Shown: positions 48,036-58,273, numbered from the stretch's first letter. The stretch: 64,000 nt of DNA from an uncultured Pseudomonadota bacterium (GCA_937864035.1 CALMIO010000011.1:13957-77956); one strand, 5' to 3'. Numbers and translations are program-made. Notes: generated from the sequence alone by a model not told the origin.

Positions 48036-48536
48036 CTAGTTCAAAATACGGAAATGAGCCCGTCTATTTCGCGCCCAAGCCTCCTCATTGTGGCGAGGAT
48101 CAAGCGGCATCTCTTCACCATAGCTAACTGTTGAGATTCTGCTTGCGGCAACCCCTAAAGACACCAAATAATCGGCTGCGGCTTTAGCCCTCCTGGCTCC
48201 TAACGCCATGTTGTATTCGTTGGTTCCACGCTCATCGCAATGACCCTCAACTTGAACATTCTTAGATGGGTTGGCATTCAACCAAGATGCGTTATCCGCT
48301 AAAATCTTGCGGGCAGTTGCATCAAGTTGAGAAGAGTCAAAAGCAAAATTAACATCCCTTAAAACATCTCCAGCCTCTGCCACCGGAATATTATCTGGCC
48401 CGCCAACTTTTTTAGCTCGGCAGGCGCAACCAGTACCGACAAAGGTTAAAAGAGCAAATATCATTAAAAACTTTAAACTTTTCATAATTTCTAGATTCTC
48501 CCTAAAAGAAAACTTTCGCAAAAATTTGGATACCAA
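48036..48536 (-). CDS. pal: Peptidoglycan-associated lipoprotein
   Basis: Lipobox LTFVGTGC. OmpA_C motif [36 protein letters not shown]. Confidence 0.9.
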   Translation of the reverse strand: MVSKFLRKFSFRENLEIMKSLKFLMIFALLTFVGTGCACRAKKVGGPDNIPVAEAGDVLRDVNFAFDSSQLDATARKILADNASWLNANPSKNVQVEGHCDERGTNEYNMALGARRAKAAADYLVSLGVAASRISTVSYGEEMPLDPRHNEEAWARNRRAHFRILN

Positions 48537-48669
48537 TTAAATACCAATTAAAAAACTGGATGATCTATAATTGATAATTTACCATTGGAATTTTCGCCTT
48601 GACAACAGTAAAATTACTTCAGATTTTAACCGCTTGCAATAGCAAAAGATACAATCATAAACAAAAGAT

Positions 48670-49998
48670 CTATTGTGGCAGAGGCCCCCAATCAGGCTGG
48701 GTCTCTGAATTACGGCCATTGGTCAGAAGTTTCATAACCGGATTATCAACTCGCGCCATCGCCAAAGCAAAATTACCCGCGCCCCTGCTCGCCGTCGTCG
48801 CAAATATTAAGTAACGCCCCTCAGGCGACCATGTTGGATCCTCGTTATCCCCGGAAGCTGTCAACTGCTGAGGAGAACTGCCATCAGGAGAGCTGACAAA
48901 AAGCTGAAAACCACCTCCCATACCACGACAAACAAAAGCTATTTTATCACCCTTAGGCGACCAACGCGGCGACGTACAGTAAGGAGAAGAAACATAACTA
49001 ATCCGCCTCTGGTCAGAACCATCGCTATTCATAATATAAATTTGCGGACCGCCACCACGCGAAGAGCAAAAGGCAATTTTAGAACCATCAGGCGACCAAG
49101 CTGGAGATGTTTCGATTGAACCCTTAACGCCAGCAAGTTTTTTGATCGGCCGACCATCCCGTCCCATCAAATAAATCGCCGACTCTCCACCATGATCACT
49201 GGCCACAAGAAATGAATCACTCTGATTAAAAAATCTGGCGCCAATTTCTAAAGCCGGCGAATTGGTAATTTGAACGGCTCGCTTAGTCCCAAGATTTGCA
49301 ATAAACAGATCAGGTTGGCGACGGCGATAGGATGTATAAATGAGCGATGAGCCATCCGGCAGCCAACTTGGCGAAATCGCCAAGCCAAGATCATTTGTCA
49401 ATTGATAATTATTAGCTCCATCTAAATCCATCACAAAAAGCTCTTTAAATCTTCCAAGCCGAGATGAATAAGCGACCCTCGTCCCAAAAGGACCGGACTC
49501 GCCGGTGTAAATTCTCATAATTTCGTTGGCAAATTTATGAGCGATTTTTCTGACTTGACTTAAATCGCCCGAATATTCCTTGCCTAAAACCGCCCGCTGT
49601 TTCGCTATATCATAGAGATAAAGTTTTATATTTAATTGACCACTAACAACATCAACTTCACCACGAACGACACCATCACTCCCTAAAACACTCCAATCCG
49701 ACCAAACCGGCTCGCCACAATGACCCGGACGCTCAATAAAAGAGGCTGGATTTTGAATTTGAAAATACCCAGAAAGATCAAGATCTCGAGAGATAGCTTG
49801 AGGGATTTGATTGATATCTCCAGCAACCCCAGAACGAAGACAAAGCTCGGGAATAGCTATCGGAATCAATCTGCCAGCGCCACGAACATAAAGATCCGTT
49901 TGAGCATAAGCGGCTAACTGAGAAAAAATTACAAACAAACCTAATGCAATTCCAAACAGAGCGAGATAAGACAAGGGCTTTTTATTGAGATTCTCCAT
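48670..49998 (-). CDS. tolB: Tol-Pal system beta-propeller protein TolB
   Basis: 442 aa. Signal peptide, N-terminal TolB domain, repeated PxWSPDG propeller blades (SPSWLPDGSSLIY, SPAWSPDGSKIAF, SPRWSPKGDKIAF, DPTWSPEGRYLIF). Confidence 0.9.
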   Translation of the reverse strand: MENLNKKPLSYLALFGIALGLFVIFSQLAAYAQTDLYVRGAGRLIPIAIPELCLRSGVAGDINQIPQAISRDLDLSGYFQIQNPASFIERPGHCGEPVWSDWSVLGSDGVVRGEVDVVSGQLNIKLYLYDIAKQRAVLGKEYSGDLSQVRKIAHKFANEIMRIYTGESGPFGTRVAYSSRLGRFKELFVMDLDGANNYQLTNDLGLAISPSWLPDGSSLIYTSYRRRQPDLFIANLGTKRAVQITNSPALEIGARFFNQSDSFLVASDHGGESAIYLMGRDGRPIKKLAGVKGSIETSPAWSPDGSKIAFCSSRGGGPQIYIMNSDGSDQRRISYVSSPYCTSPRWSPKGDKIAFVCRGMGGGFQLFVSSPDGSSPQQLTASGDNEDPTWSPEGRYLIFATTASRGAGNFALAMARVDNPVMKLLTNGRNSETQPDWGPLPQ

Positions 49999-50087
49999 AA
50001 GCTTTTGGTCTAATAGATATTAAACAGATAAAAAACACGCGAAAAGATTACCTAACAATTTCAAGCACTATGAGAAAGTATCAATAA

Positions 50088-50780
50088 ATGGTAAAATTTC
50101 AGCAAGATAATTATAAACAAATGAATAAAAAAGAAGACAAAAACGAAAATGTCGTTATCAAAAGAGCCGAAAAGAGAACATCGGCGATCTTAATTGATGG
50201 CGTCAACTTAGATCGAGCAAGCAGGCGCCTCGGTAAAAAGATAGATTTTTTACATTTAATAAAAACATTATCGGGTGGAATAGCGCCGATTATTGCCCGT
50301 TACTATTCAATTATTCCATACACCGATGACGCTAGGCAGTTGGCGTTTTTGCAAGCAGTATCCAAAGTTGGCTTGAGTGTAATTTTAAAAAGATTACCAC
50401 CTGTCGGCTCCGAACGAGTTATTTCAATTGATTGCGAAATCGCGACCGATCTAATATCCTTTGCCTACGGCAGAAACGATCTATCATCAACGGTCAAATT
50501 TTCAAATTTCAATCTGGAACAGCTATCTCAATTAGCAGTTGGCAAAGTTGAGCCAATTAAACAGATATCACAAGCTCACTCCGCCGATCAAAACGAAAAA
50601 AGAAGCATTACTTTAGTTTGCCCAAGCCCTGATTTATCATATCCAATCGCTCTAGCCGGAGAGCTTGGAACAGAAACAATCTGCGCTGATTTTGGACCCT
50701 ACGGTCGAGCAGGGATAGTTTCAACAGCCAAACGCTGGATCGATTTAAAAGACGCTAATAATATCTGGCTGACAGACTAA
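50088..50780 (+). CDS. Hypothetical protein, possible NYN/LabA-like (PIN-fold) domain
   Basis: 230 aa. SAILIDGVNLDRASRRLGKKIDFLHLIKTLSGG weakly resembles the NYN-domain N-terminus (vavfiDgeNl...). No confident motif. Confidence 0.35.
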   Translation: MVKFQQDNYKQMNKKEDKNENVVIKRAEKRTSAILIDGVNLDRASRRLGKKIDFLHLIKTLSGGIAPIIARYYSIIPYTDDARQLAFLQAVSKVGLSVILKRLPPVGSERVISIDCEIATDLISFAYGRNDLSSTVKFSNFNLEQLSQLAVGKVEPIKQISQAHSADQNEKRSITLVCPSPDLSYPIALAGELGTETICADFGPYGRAGIVSTAKRWIDLKDANNIWLTD

Positions 50781-50817
50781 AATTTAGATCTTTTATTTTC
50801 AAACTCTCCCAAAAACA

Positions 50818-51354
50818 ATGATCCAAGATCGGAGCAACTATCAAGAAAATAGAGAGATTATTATCCGCAAAACTTGGCGCTCTGAACCAAAACCACTTCT
50901 CCTCTTTTTAACAACAACCATATTGGCAGTTTATTTATCCCGCCAATTTGAATGGTCAGTTATTCGTGGAACGCTTTTCACCTTTAACGATCATACCGTC
51001 ATACTCTCTCTGCCCATCTTTATTTTAGTGCCATTCTTTATTTTTGCCAGTATTTTTTATAAAATCTATAATGTTCGGTATAAAATCACCCCTGAAGGCA
51101 TAGATGAACAGCTCGGCATTTTAGGGTTTAATATGACAACCACGCGGCTACGTTTTGACGACATAAGATCGGTTGTTGTCGAACAAGGTTTATTAGGAAG
51201 AATCTTAGACTACGGAGATCTATTAGCCGGCTCTGTAGGAACAGCACAAATGGAGATTAACCTAAAAGGGATTGGATCACCTGCCAAAGTTAAGGCGATT
51301 ATACTTCAGGAGCAAGATCTGGCGCAGGCCGCAAAACGCATGGCCGATCTCTAA
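50818..51354 (+). CDS. Membrane protein with bacterial PH domain (bPH_2 / YdbS-YdbT-like)
   Basis: Two TM helices followed by YKITPEGIDEQLGILGFNMTTTRLRFDDIRSVVVEQGLLGRILDYGDL, matching the bPH_2 (DUF304) pattern. Confidence 0.55.
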   Translation: MIQDRSNYQENREIIIRKTWRSEPKPLLLFLTTTILAVYLSRQFEWSVIRGTLFTFNDHTVILSLPIFILVPFFIFASIFYKIYNVRYKITPEGIDEQLGILGFNMTTTRLRFDDIRSVVVEQGLLGRILDYGDLLAGSVGTAQMEINLKGIGSPAKVKAIILQEQDLAQAAKRMADL

Positions 51355-51443
51355 GATTCTCTAGATAATACTCTCTGTTAAAGCTTTATTCTTTCAAAAA
51401 ACAAGCTTAAATAGAGTTTTAATGTTAGCTCTGCTGGCGCTTT

Positions 51444-52568
51444 ATGGTTGCAATATTTAAAAAACTATATAATTTATTTTCACCCATGAACCGGATCCTT
51501 CTTCAGAATCGGCAGTTTAAGAGTTTTAACCACTATCAAGCGATACGATATTATTTACTCTGCTTGTTAACGATCGCTATCGCTGGGAATAAACAAATTT
51601 TTCCCGGTCAAATAGCTTACGCTCAAGAAAATACCCTATTAAAAATCCATATTAAAGATGTGCAAAGCTCTCTTTTAAAAACAGATCTGACCGATCATTT
51701 CACGCAAAATCCAACCTCCCAACCTGAGATAATTAGCGAAACCGATCTTGAAGCCGCGCGAGCAAGATTGATTCAAGCCGAGTCTGAACTACTCGGCAAA
51801 CCCTCTTCTCTCCCTGCAAATCTTATAGCTACAACTCAATCAAATGATCGCTCAATCGCCCCCTCAAGTGAGAACTTGGTGGCAGAAAATAACACTGAAC
51901 AACAAAATAATAACGATCAAGTCGATCAAAGAGCGGCGCTTAATATCTCAACAAACACGATCTCAAACAATGACGCGGCAACCCAAGAAAACAAATCTTC
52001 AATAAGCTCGGAGATTATCTCTTCTTTAAGAGAGCAAAATATAAGGCTTTCAAGCAGATTACAGGAAGCGCAGAGCAAAAATAGCGAGCTTATCAAAACG
52101 CTAGACGAAACTCGCAACCGTTTAATGTTGGCTGAAACACAGGTTGAAAGACTTTCGGCGATTCTTGAAAACCGCGGAGCAAAAATAGTTAAAACCTCTC
52201 CTGAAACAACCGTCGGCAAAACCACTCATCCTTCCCAACAGCCATCCATAAACATTATCTCTCGCCGCCCAGCCACAAATAACGAAACGTTTTCTCAGGA
52301 AAAAACTAGAGAAAGCTCCTCAGCCGCTAGCATCAAGATCGCCGATCGCGTCGGAGCAAATATCGAAATTCCAATAGCCACTGTCATAGCTGATAAAGTC
52401 AACTTAAGAACTGGTCCGGGTCGCGATAACTCACCATTGATGTCAGTTTCCAAAGGGACAAGATTGGCGGTTGAAACTAGAGTTGGCGACTGGTTTCGGG
52501 TGATAGCGCCCAATGGTACCCGCGCTTGGATTGAGTCTGAGGTGATAGTGATCAATGGCTCGCGCTAG
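51444..52568 (+). CDS. Secreted or membrane-anchored protein with low-complexity N/Q/S-rich region, coiled-coil and C-terminal SH3b domain
   Basis: The C-terminal VNLRTGPGRDNSPLMSVSKGTRLAVETRVGDWFRVIAPNGTRAWIESEVI is a bacterial SH3_3 motif. The central LREQNIRLSSRLQEAQSKNSELIKTLDETRNRLMLAETQVERL is coiled-coil. Confidence 0.5.
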   Translation: MVAIFKKLYNLFSPMNRILLQNRQFKSFNHYQAIRYYLLCLLTIAIAGNKQIFPGQIAYAQENTLLKIHIKDVQSSLLKTDLTDHFTQNPTSQPEIISETDLEAARARLIQAESELLGKPSSLPANLIATTQSNDRSIAPSSENLVAENNTEQQNNNDQVDQRAALNISTNTISNNDAATQENKSSISSEIISSLREQNIRLSSRLQEAQSKNSELIKTLDETRNRLMLAETQVERLSAILENRGAKIVKTSPETTVGKTTHPSQQPSINIISRRPATNNETFSQEKTRESSSAASIKIADRVGANIEIPIATVIADKVNLRTGPGRDNSPLMSVSKGTRLAVETRVGDWFRVIAPNGTRAWIESEVIVINGSR

Positions 52569-52594
52569 TAAAAAAAAATCTTTAAATTTCGACA

Positions 52595-53095
52595 ATGGGT
52601 TTTAAAATGACACCATTAAAAGCTCTCATCATAATTGGTGTAATTTTATATTTAGGCGCAACAAAACAAGCTTTAGCAATTCCAGGGGGATTAGTTTACC
52701 CCTTAATGGACACTAAAGTAGCGAGCGACTTTGGCAAGCGCAGACATCCGATTGCCCGCGCTGTTAAACACCATAACGGGATTGACTTAGCGGCTCCTTA
52801 TGGCTCACCAGTTCGAGCAGTCAAGGAGGGAATCGTCATATTCGCCGATTTTTACGGCGCCTATGGCAACCTAGTCACAATCAAGCATGGTCCAGCAACA
52901 ACTACTCACTACGGCCATCTGATGAAAATAAAAGTCAAACCCGGGCAAAAGATAAAAGCCGGTGATATTATAGGTTTAGTCGGCAGTACTGGATTATCAA
53001 CCGGACCCCATCTTCACTTTGAAATTAGAGTGAACGGGAAACCTCACGATCCACGCAGAGTCATTCCAGATCTTGCGGCAAACGCCGAAGGATAA
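52595..53095 (+). CDS. M23 family metallopeptidase (LytM domain)
   Basis: Signal peptide. HNGIDLAAPYGSPVRAVKEG... and GSTGLSTGPHLHFEIRVNG contain the HxxxD and HxH zinc motifs. Confidence 0.85.
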   Translation: MGFKMTPLKALIIIGVILYLGATKQALAIPGGLVYPLMDTKVASDFGKRRHPIARAVKHHNGIDLAAPYGSPVRAVKEGIVIFADFYGAYGNLVTIKHGPATTTHYGHLMKIKVKPGQKIKAGDIIGLVGSTGLSTGPHLHFEIRVNGKPHDPRRVIPDLAANAEG

Positions 53096-53260
53096 TAACA
53101 TACATTGAGACAACTAGAAAAATTCCGAAGAAAAATTTAGCAAAACGCCGTTTTTTTTAAAGATATTTTCTTGCTAAATAGTCAAAACCGTTCAAAGCAA
53201 TTAGCAAGGCGATTGTCAAAATAAAAAATGCAGACTTGCGCATAAGAATTATCAATAAAC

Positions 53261-54157
53261 ATGCCGCAATTAGATATCAGATTCTGGGCGCGCAAGGTGT
53301 TTTCAGCAACCTTTGGTTTTTTGATATATCTTTACTTTAGAATGAACGGAGATTATCGGCGGGTTATTTTACGCAATCTCAAGCTTGCTTTCCCCTATTC
53401 CCAACAAGCAAACGTTAGTCAGCAGACTCACCAAAAGCGACTTACTGTTTTGGCAAAAATGTCATGTCATAATTTAGCGGCGATTTTTTTTGATTTTATC
53501 TTTGGCATCAGCTCCAAGACTCGCTATTTTTGGGACGGCAGAGAGGAATTCGCCAAATTGAGAGAACAATATCCAGCTGGAGGCATTATTTTCGCCGCCG
53601 GTCATTTGGGGAGTTTTTCTGCCCTAGCAACGCTTTCAGCAAAAGAGGGCATCGTTTTAAATCTGGTGGCTCGAGATTTAAAGGCGCCGATTCTCAATAA
53701 ATTATGGATTAAGATCTTATCCCGTGGCGGCAACAGAGTTATATCTCGCAAAGGGGGATTTAACGATTTAAGCGCGCGCCTTAAAAACGGCGAGAACATA
53801 GTGATACCATTCGATCAAAACGTCAGGAGAGAGTTTGCTGTTTTCGTCGATTGGTTTGGCAAACCAGCCGCCACCGCCAAAAGTGTCGCTTTGGCGGCGC
53901 TCAGACAGAAAGCGCCAATTGTCGTAGCTGGTGTGATTAAAGATAAAGAGGGGTTTTTAGCTCTTACCAAAGCGCTTAGTATCGAAGATATAAAAGAAAA
54001 CAATCTTTTATCTTTAGATGAAAAGGTACAGATCATAACCGAGCGCGCTGCGAAAATTTATCAGGAGATGATCAGGTTAAGCCCGCACGAGTGGTGGTGG
54101 TTTCATAGGCGTTGGAAAACAAGGCCGGTTGGCGAGCTTGAAAATTTCTACTCTTAA
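53261..54157 (+). CDS. Lipid A biosynthesis (Kdo)2-lipid IVA acyltransferase, LpxL/LpxM (HtrB) family
   Basis: 298 aa. LPLAT_LABLAT-like layout: N-terminal TM segment, the FAAGHLGSF and FDQNVRRE regions, and a C-terminal HEWWWFHRRWK motif typical of the family. Confidence 0.65.
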   Translation: MPQLDIRFWARKVFSATFGFLIYLYFRMNGDYRRVILRNLKLAFPYSQQANVSQQTHQKRLTVLAKMSCHNLAAIFFDFIFGISSKTRYFWDGREEFAKLREQYPAGGIIFAAGHLGSFSALATLSAKEGIVLNLVARDLKAPILNKLWIKILSRGGNRVISRKGGFNDLSARLKNGENIVIPFDQNVRREFAVFVDWFGKPAATAKSVALAALRQKAPIVVAGVIKDKEGFLALTKALSIEDIKENNLLSLDEKVQIITERAAKIYQEMIRLSPHEWWWFHRRWKTRPVGELENFYS

Positions 54158-54178
54158 AACGGTTATTTTTGCTTTGAA

Positions 54179-54874
54179 CTAACCTTTAAATTCATAATGG
54201 CGCGCGAGATCGTCTGATATCACAGATAATCCAGCAGGCATGAATTTTAAATTAACACATTCAACTTTTCGGCTCCGACCACCAAATAGATCCTTGCCGG
54301 TGGCGACAAAAAAAGCGGCGTGAGCGGCAACAGCTGAAACAAATAGCAGTTTATTTCGCTCATCGTCTGGCAATTTTTTAAATTTTAAATCGTCAAGGAT
54401 TATTGTTTCACCTTGTGATAGATCATAAGAGATGACAAAATCTCTCTCTAATTTAGCTTTATAGCGGGTTCTGCTGTTAAGTTGATCTTGTAGTTCTTTT
54501 TGGCGAAGGTTTATGGCCGATCGACCATGTTCTTGAGCGGCAGTTTTTTGAGCATCGTTTAAAAATTTTTTATAACTACTGCCTTTAGGAATGGTAAACT
54601 TGACTAAATCATCAGAAACCTCAACTTGATATTTATCACAAAAAGATGCGGACAGACTTATTGATGGAAGATAAATGCGAAAGCGATGTAACTTCTCTTC
54701 CGGGCGAGATTCAGGTTGCAAGGCTTTTAAAGCTCCTGTTAATCGGTTAAGAAGCTCTTCTTGCGAGAAGTGCGAGCTATTAATTATCAGGTTTTCAAAA
54801 GCCCTGTGAACTGCTTGAAAGGCTGACATAAGATCGCTATAAGCGCCCAAAACTTTTTGCACATTATTAACCAT
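54179..54874 (-). CDS. Hypothetical protein (231 aa)
   Basis: Uninterrupted ORF with no recognisable motif. Convergent with the lpxL-family gene. Confidence 0.45.
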   Translation of the reverse strand: MVNNVQKVLGAYSDLMSAFQAVHRAFENLIINSSHFSQEELLNRLTGALKALQPESRPEEKLHRFRIYLPSISLSASFCDKYQVEVSDDLVKFTIPKGSSYKKFLNDAQKTAAQEHGRSAINLRQKELQDQLNSRTRYKAKLERDFVISYDLSQGETIILDDLKFKKLPDDERNKLLFVSAVAAHAAFFVATGKDLFGGRSRKVECVNLKFMPAGLSVISDDLARHYEFKG

Positions 54875-55564
54875 TACTGAGCTAAATTTGAATATAAAAA
54901 AATTAGGAAAATGAGAGCGTGCTTTTCTAATAGATTAGTTCAGGGCTTAGCATTAGGTTGCTTCTGATTTTATCGTGTTACAAAGGGGTACTCACCTAAT
55001 CTGACAAGAGATCCTCTTATACAAATTACTTGATTACGTTAAAAAAAATTTACAAGATCAACTTGATTAACTTTGATTTTTTAGCTAAATTTTGACGTAA
55101 TAATTTTCTTCTAACGCAACCTACATGACAAACACTTACATGACAGATTTAGGTTTCAACAAAACATACAAGAACTCAAAGAACTAATAGATCAAATCCT
55201 ACCATCGCCAATTGACAGAATGAGCCGCCAAGAGCTCATAGCCATGATAGAACAAATCCATAATGCAGGAAGAAACACAAACAATCCGCCTCTGCCATCC
55301 GCCAAGGCCTACAACATAATGACTGACTGAGGGTCGCAACGCCTTATACACACCGCACAGAAAAGGCATACTAAAGATGATAAACTCTCTTCTGGAAGGT
55401 GATAAGAAACGGAGTTATTAAAAAAAACATAAAAAATAACCTCGGTTTTAATACTTGACGCTTCAGCGGTTTAATGGGTAAAACTATATTAAAGCAAGTT
55501 TTTTTTATAACATTTTAGCTCACTTTAAGCCGCACCAAAAAAGTGTTTCTCAAAAGATCCCTCT

Positions 55565-57055
55565 ATGCAACAGACAATCTTAAATATTCTTAATAAAATT
55601 AAGGGAAATAAAGAAAAGATCCTAGTCGTTGGTCTCGGCATCACAGGCATTGAATCGGCCTTAACGCTCAAACGAAACGGAATTAACGTTATCATCTGCG
55701 AAAGATCTGAGCGAGAGCAATACCTGCAAAAATCAAAATTTGCGGATAGGTTGCCCGAAATCGAAAACAACAAAATTGAAGTAGCTTTTGGAATAGATGG
55801 CGCCGCCGTCAGTTCGATTGCTAAAGATGTTTCTCTTGCCGTCATTAGCCCGGGAGTACCATTCGACTCGCCGCTTGCTAACACCCTGCGCCAATCAAAC
55901 ATAAAAATAATGAGCGAATTTGAACTTGGCATAGAACTGCTGAAGGCCCCAACCATTTGCATAACAGGCAGTAACGGCAAAGGCACCACCACCACTTTAA
56001 TCGGTGAAATTTTAAAAGCGGATAACCAAAAGGTAAAAATAGCCGGCAACATAGGAACCCCCGTGATTAGCGAAGTTGGCTCTTTCTGGGAAAGCCATCC
56101 CTATAACGGCTGGCTAGTGGCGGAAGCCTCTAGTTATCAACTCGAAGCCTGCTCAATACTAAAACCACAAATAGCTCTTTTGCTGAACATCTCCGAAAAC
56201 CACTTAGAGCGCCACAAAACAATCGAACGTTACTTAGATTGCAAACTAAACATCTTCCGACAACAAACCGAAAACGATCTGGCAATTCTCTCATACGACG
56301 ACAAAATGGTTTTCGCCCACGCCAAAAACTTAAAATCAAAAGTTGCCCTCTTCGGATCACAAATAGACGCCCCCCACCAAGACCGCGCCGAGATTTGCTA
56401 TCATCCGGAAAAAAATCAAGACTGGATCGATCTGACATTTGGCGGCCGCGCCGAACGGTTCGATTTCACCAGTCAAGGCAATATCGGGAAAATTCATCTT
56501 TTTGGCTACCACAACCGGCTTAATATCGCCGCCGCTATCTTGGCGGCGCGAGCGGCAGGAGCATCCACCGCGGCGATTGTAGCCGCCTGCCGCTCTTTTA
56601 CTGGACTGCCGCACCGCCAACAGCTAGTCGGCGAAAAAAATGGAGTTCGCTTTATTAACGATTCAAAATCAACCTCAATCGCCGCTTCCGAAGCCGCCAT
56701 TAAAACCACCATTGGTCGTTTTGGTAAAGACGCCAAAATAATTTTAATGCTTGGAGGTATTTCTAAAGGAGGAAGCTCGTGGCAACCGCTAATTAACCTA
56801 ATAGAATCGGAAAAAGATTCGTTCAAAACCATCTGTTGCTTTGGCAAAGACGGAGAGGTAATACTTGACAACCTAAAATCTCTGCCAACCAAAAAATGTT
56901 TAGCAAAAAATCTAGAAGAAGCTCTAATAGCGGCAAATTCAAGCGCTTCAACCGGAGATATAGTCTTGTTTTCGCCGGCTTGCGCCAGCTTCGACGAGTT
57001 TAAAGATTTCGAACACCGCGGCGAACGTTTTCGTCAACTCGTGGAAAAGCTATAA
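55565..57055 (+). CDS. murD: UDP-N-acetylmuramoyl-L-alanine--D-glutamate ligase
   Basis: N-terminal Rossmann ILVVGLGITGIESA, Mur ligase P-loop CITGSNGKGTTTTLI, ftsW immediately downstream. 496 aa. Confidence 0.85.
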   Translation: MQQTILNILNKIKGNKEKILVVGLGITGIESALTLKRNGINVIICERSEREQYLQKSKFADRLPEIENNKIEVAFGIDGAAVSSIAKDVSLAVISPGVPFDSPLANTLRQSNIKIMSEFELGIELLKAPTICITGSNGKGTTTTLIGEILKADNQKVKIAGNIGTPVISEVGSFWESHPYNGWLVAEASSYQLEACSILKPQIALLLNISENHLERHKTIERYLDCKLNIFRQQTENDLAILSYDDKMVFAHAKNLKSKVALFGSQIDAPHQDRAEICYHPEKNQDWIDLTFGGRAERFDFTSQGNIGKIHLFGYHNRLNIAAAILAARAAGASTAAIVAACRSFTGLPHRQQLVGEKNGVRFINDSKSTSIAASEAAIKTTIGRFGKDAKIILMLGGISKGGSSWQPLINLIESEKDSFKTICCFGKDGEVILDNLKSLPTKKCLAKNLEEALIAANSSASTGDIVLFSPACASFDEFKDFEHRGERFRQLVEKL

Positions 57056-57169
57056 AACTTTTCGCCGCTTTTACAAGGAGAACACAAGATAAATCAGAGT
57101 GAAAATCGCTCTTGGAGCGAAATTATAATTTTTTCAACGACTATTTTACTGATTCTATGCGGTTTAATA

Positions 57170-58273
57170 ATGGTCTATTCGACTACCGGCATCATGGCGA
57201 TTGAAAAACATAATGATGGATACCTATTTGTCAAAAAACAACTGACCGCTATTTTGATAGGATTATTAGTAATGCTTATCTCTTGGCGAAGCGACGCACG
57301 AATTCTTGAGAAATACCCGACATTATTTTTTTTTATAGCATTGTTCCTTGCAATATTGCCAATGATCCCCGGCATCGGAACCTCTGCCGGCGGCGCTAAA
57401 CGCTGGATTAATATGCCCGGCTTCAGACTACAGCCGGTTGAATTTGCTAAAGTATTTTTTCTTATTTTTCTTGCAGGCTACGTTAATAATAACCGGCAAC
57501 ACCTAAAAAAATTTTGGATAGGGCTAGCTAAACCTATACTCTGCGTCACCATAATAGCCATTCCAATTCTGGCAGAGCCAGACTTTGGCAGTGCCGCTGT
57601 TTTAATTTTAATCACCCTAACCGTACTGGCAGTATCTGGAGCAGATCTAAAATATCTTTTTTTTGCTGGCATATTAGTAGCCATAGGACTCTGCCTGCTT
57701 ATTATAATCTCTCCATATCGCCTTCAAAGAGTGCTTAGTTTTCTCTCTCCCCTCTCCGATCCTAGTGGGCGCGGCTATCAGCTTATCCAATCGTTAATAG
57801 CCATTAGCTCCGGCGATTTATTTGGCAAAGGTCTTGGAGAAAGCCAACAAAAGTTATTTTTTCTTCCAGCCGCCCACACCGATTTTATATTTGCTGTCAT
57901 CGTCGAAGAACTAGGCTTTTTTGGCGGCATAGCTATTATAGCGCTCTATCTGCTCTTTTTATGGAGAGGAATTGCGGTGGCATCAGCTTTGGCTGAATTT
58001 CCATTTTTAATGGTTATTGCCCTTTCTATGACACTTCTAATTACCATGCCAGCATTGTTAAATATCGGTGTTGTTCTAGGAATGCTCCCAACCAAAGGGC
58101 TTGTTTTGCCACTTCTCGGATATGGCGGCTCAAATGCGCTCGCTTCGCTTGCGGCAGTTGGTCTACTGCTAGCCGCTAGCAAAATAGCCAGAGAACGCAA
58201 GCCGCCAAGTAAAATCTCGCAACAAAGATTAAATAATTTATCTTTACCTATTGCTTCAACTGACTTAAAATAA
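57170..58273 (+). CDS. ftsW: Peptidoglycan glycosyltransferase FtsW (SEDS family)
   Basis: SEDS motifs throughout, including the PxxHTDF equivalent AAHTDFIFAVIVEELGFFG. The frame is open upstream to 57056. The conserved first TM helix (IIIFSTTILLILCGLIMVYSTTG) lies upstream of the first ATG, so the true start is probably a non-canonical codon near 57089 (see finding). Confidence 0.85.
   Translation: MVYSTTGIMAIEKHNDGYLFVKKQLTAILIGLLVMLISWRSDARILEKYPTLFFFIALFLAILPMIPGIGTSAGGAKRWINMPGFRLQPVEFAKVFFLIFLAGYVNNNRQHLKKFWIGLAKPILCVTIIAIPILAEPDFGSAAVLILITLTVLAVSGADLKYLFFAGILVAIGLCLLIIISPYRLQRVLSFLSPLSDPSGRGYQLIQSLIAISSGDLFGKGLGESQQKLFFLPAAHTDFIFAVIVEELGFFGGIAIIALYLLFLWRGIAVASALAEFPFLMVIALSMTLLITMPALLNIGVVLGMLPTKGLVLPLLGYGGSNALASLAAVGLLLAASKIARERKPPSKISQQRLNNLSLPIASTDLK

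Noticed and set aside
55185-55330. 36-codon ORF in the murD upstream spacer
   Set aside because: It has no RBS, no recognisable motif, and sits in an otherwise unstructured AT-rich spacer. It is kept as a low-interest finding, not as a feature.
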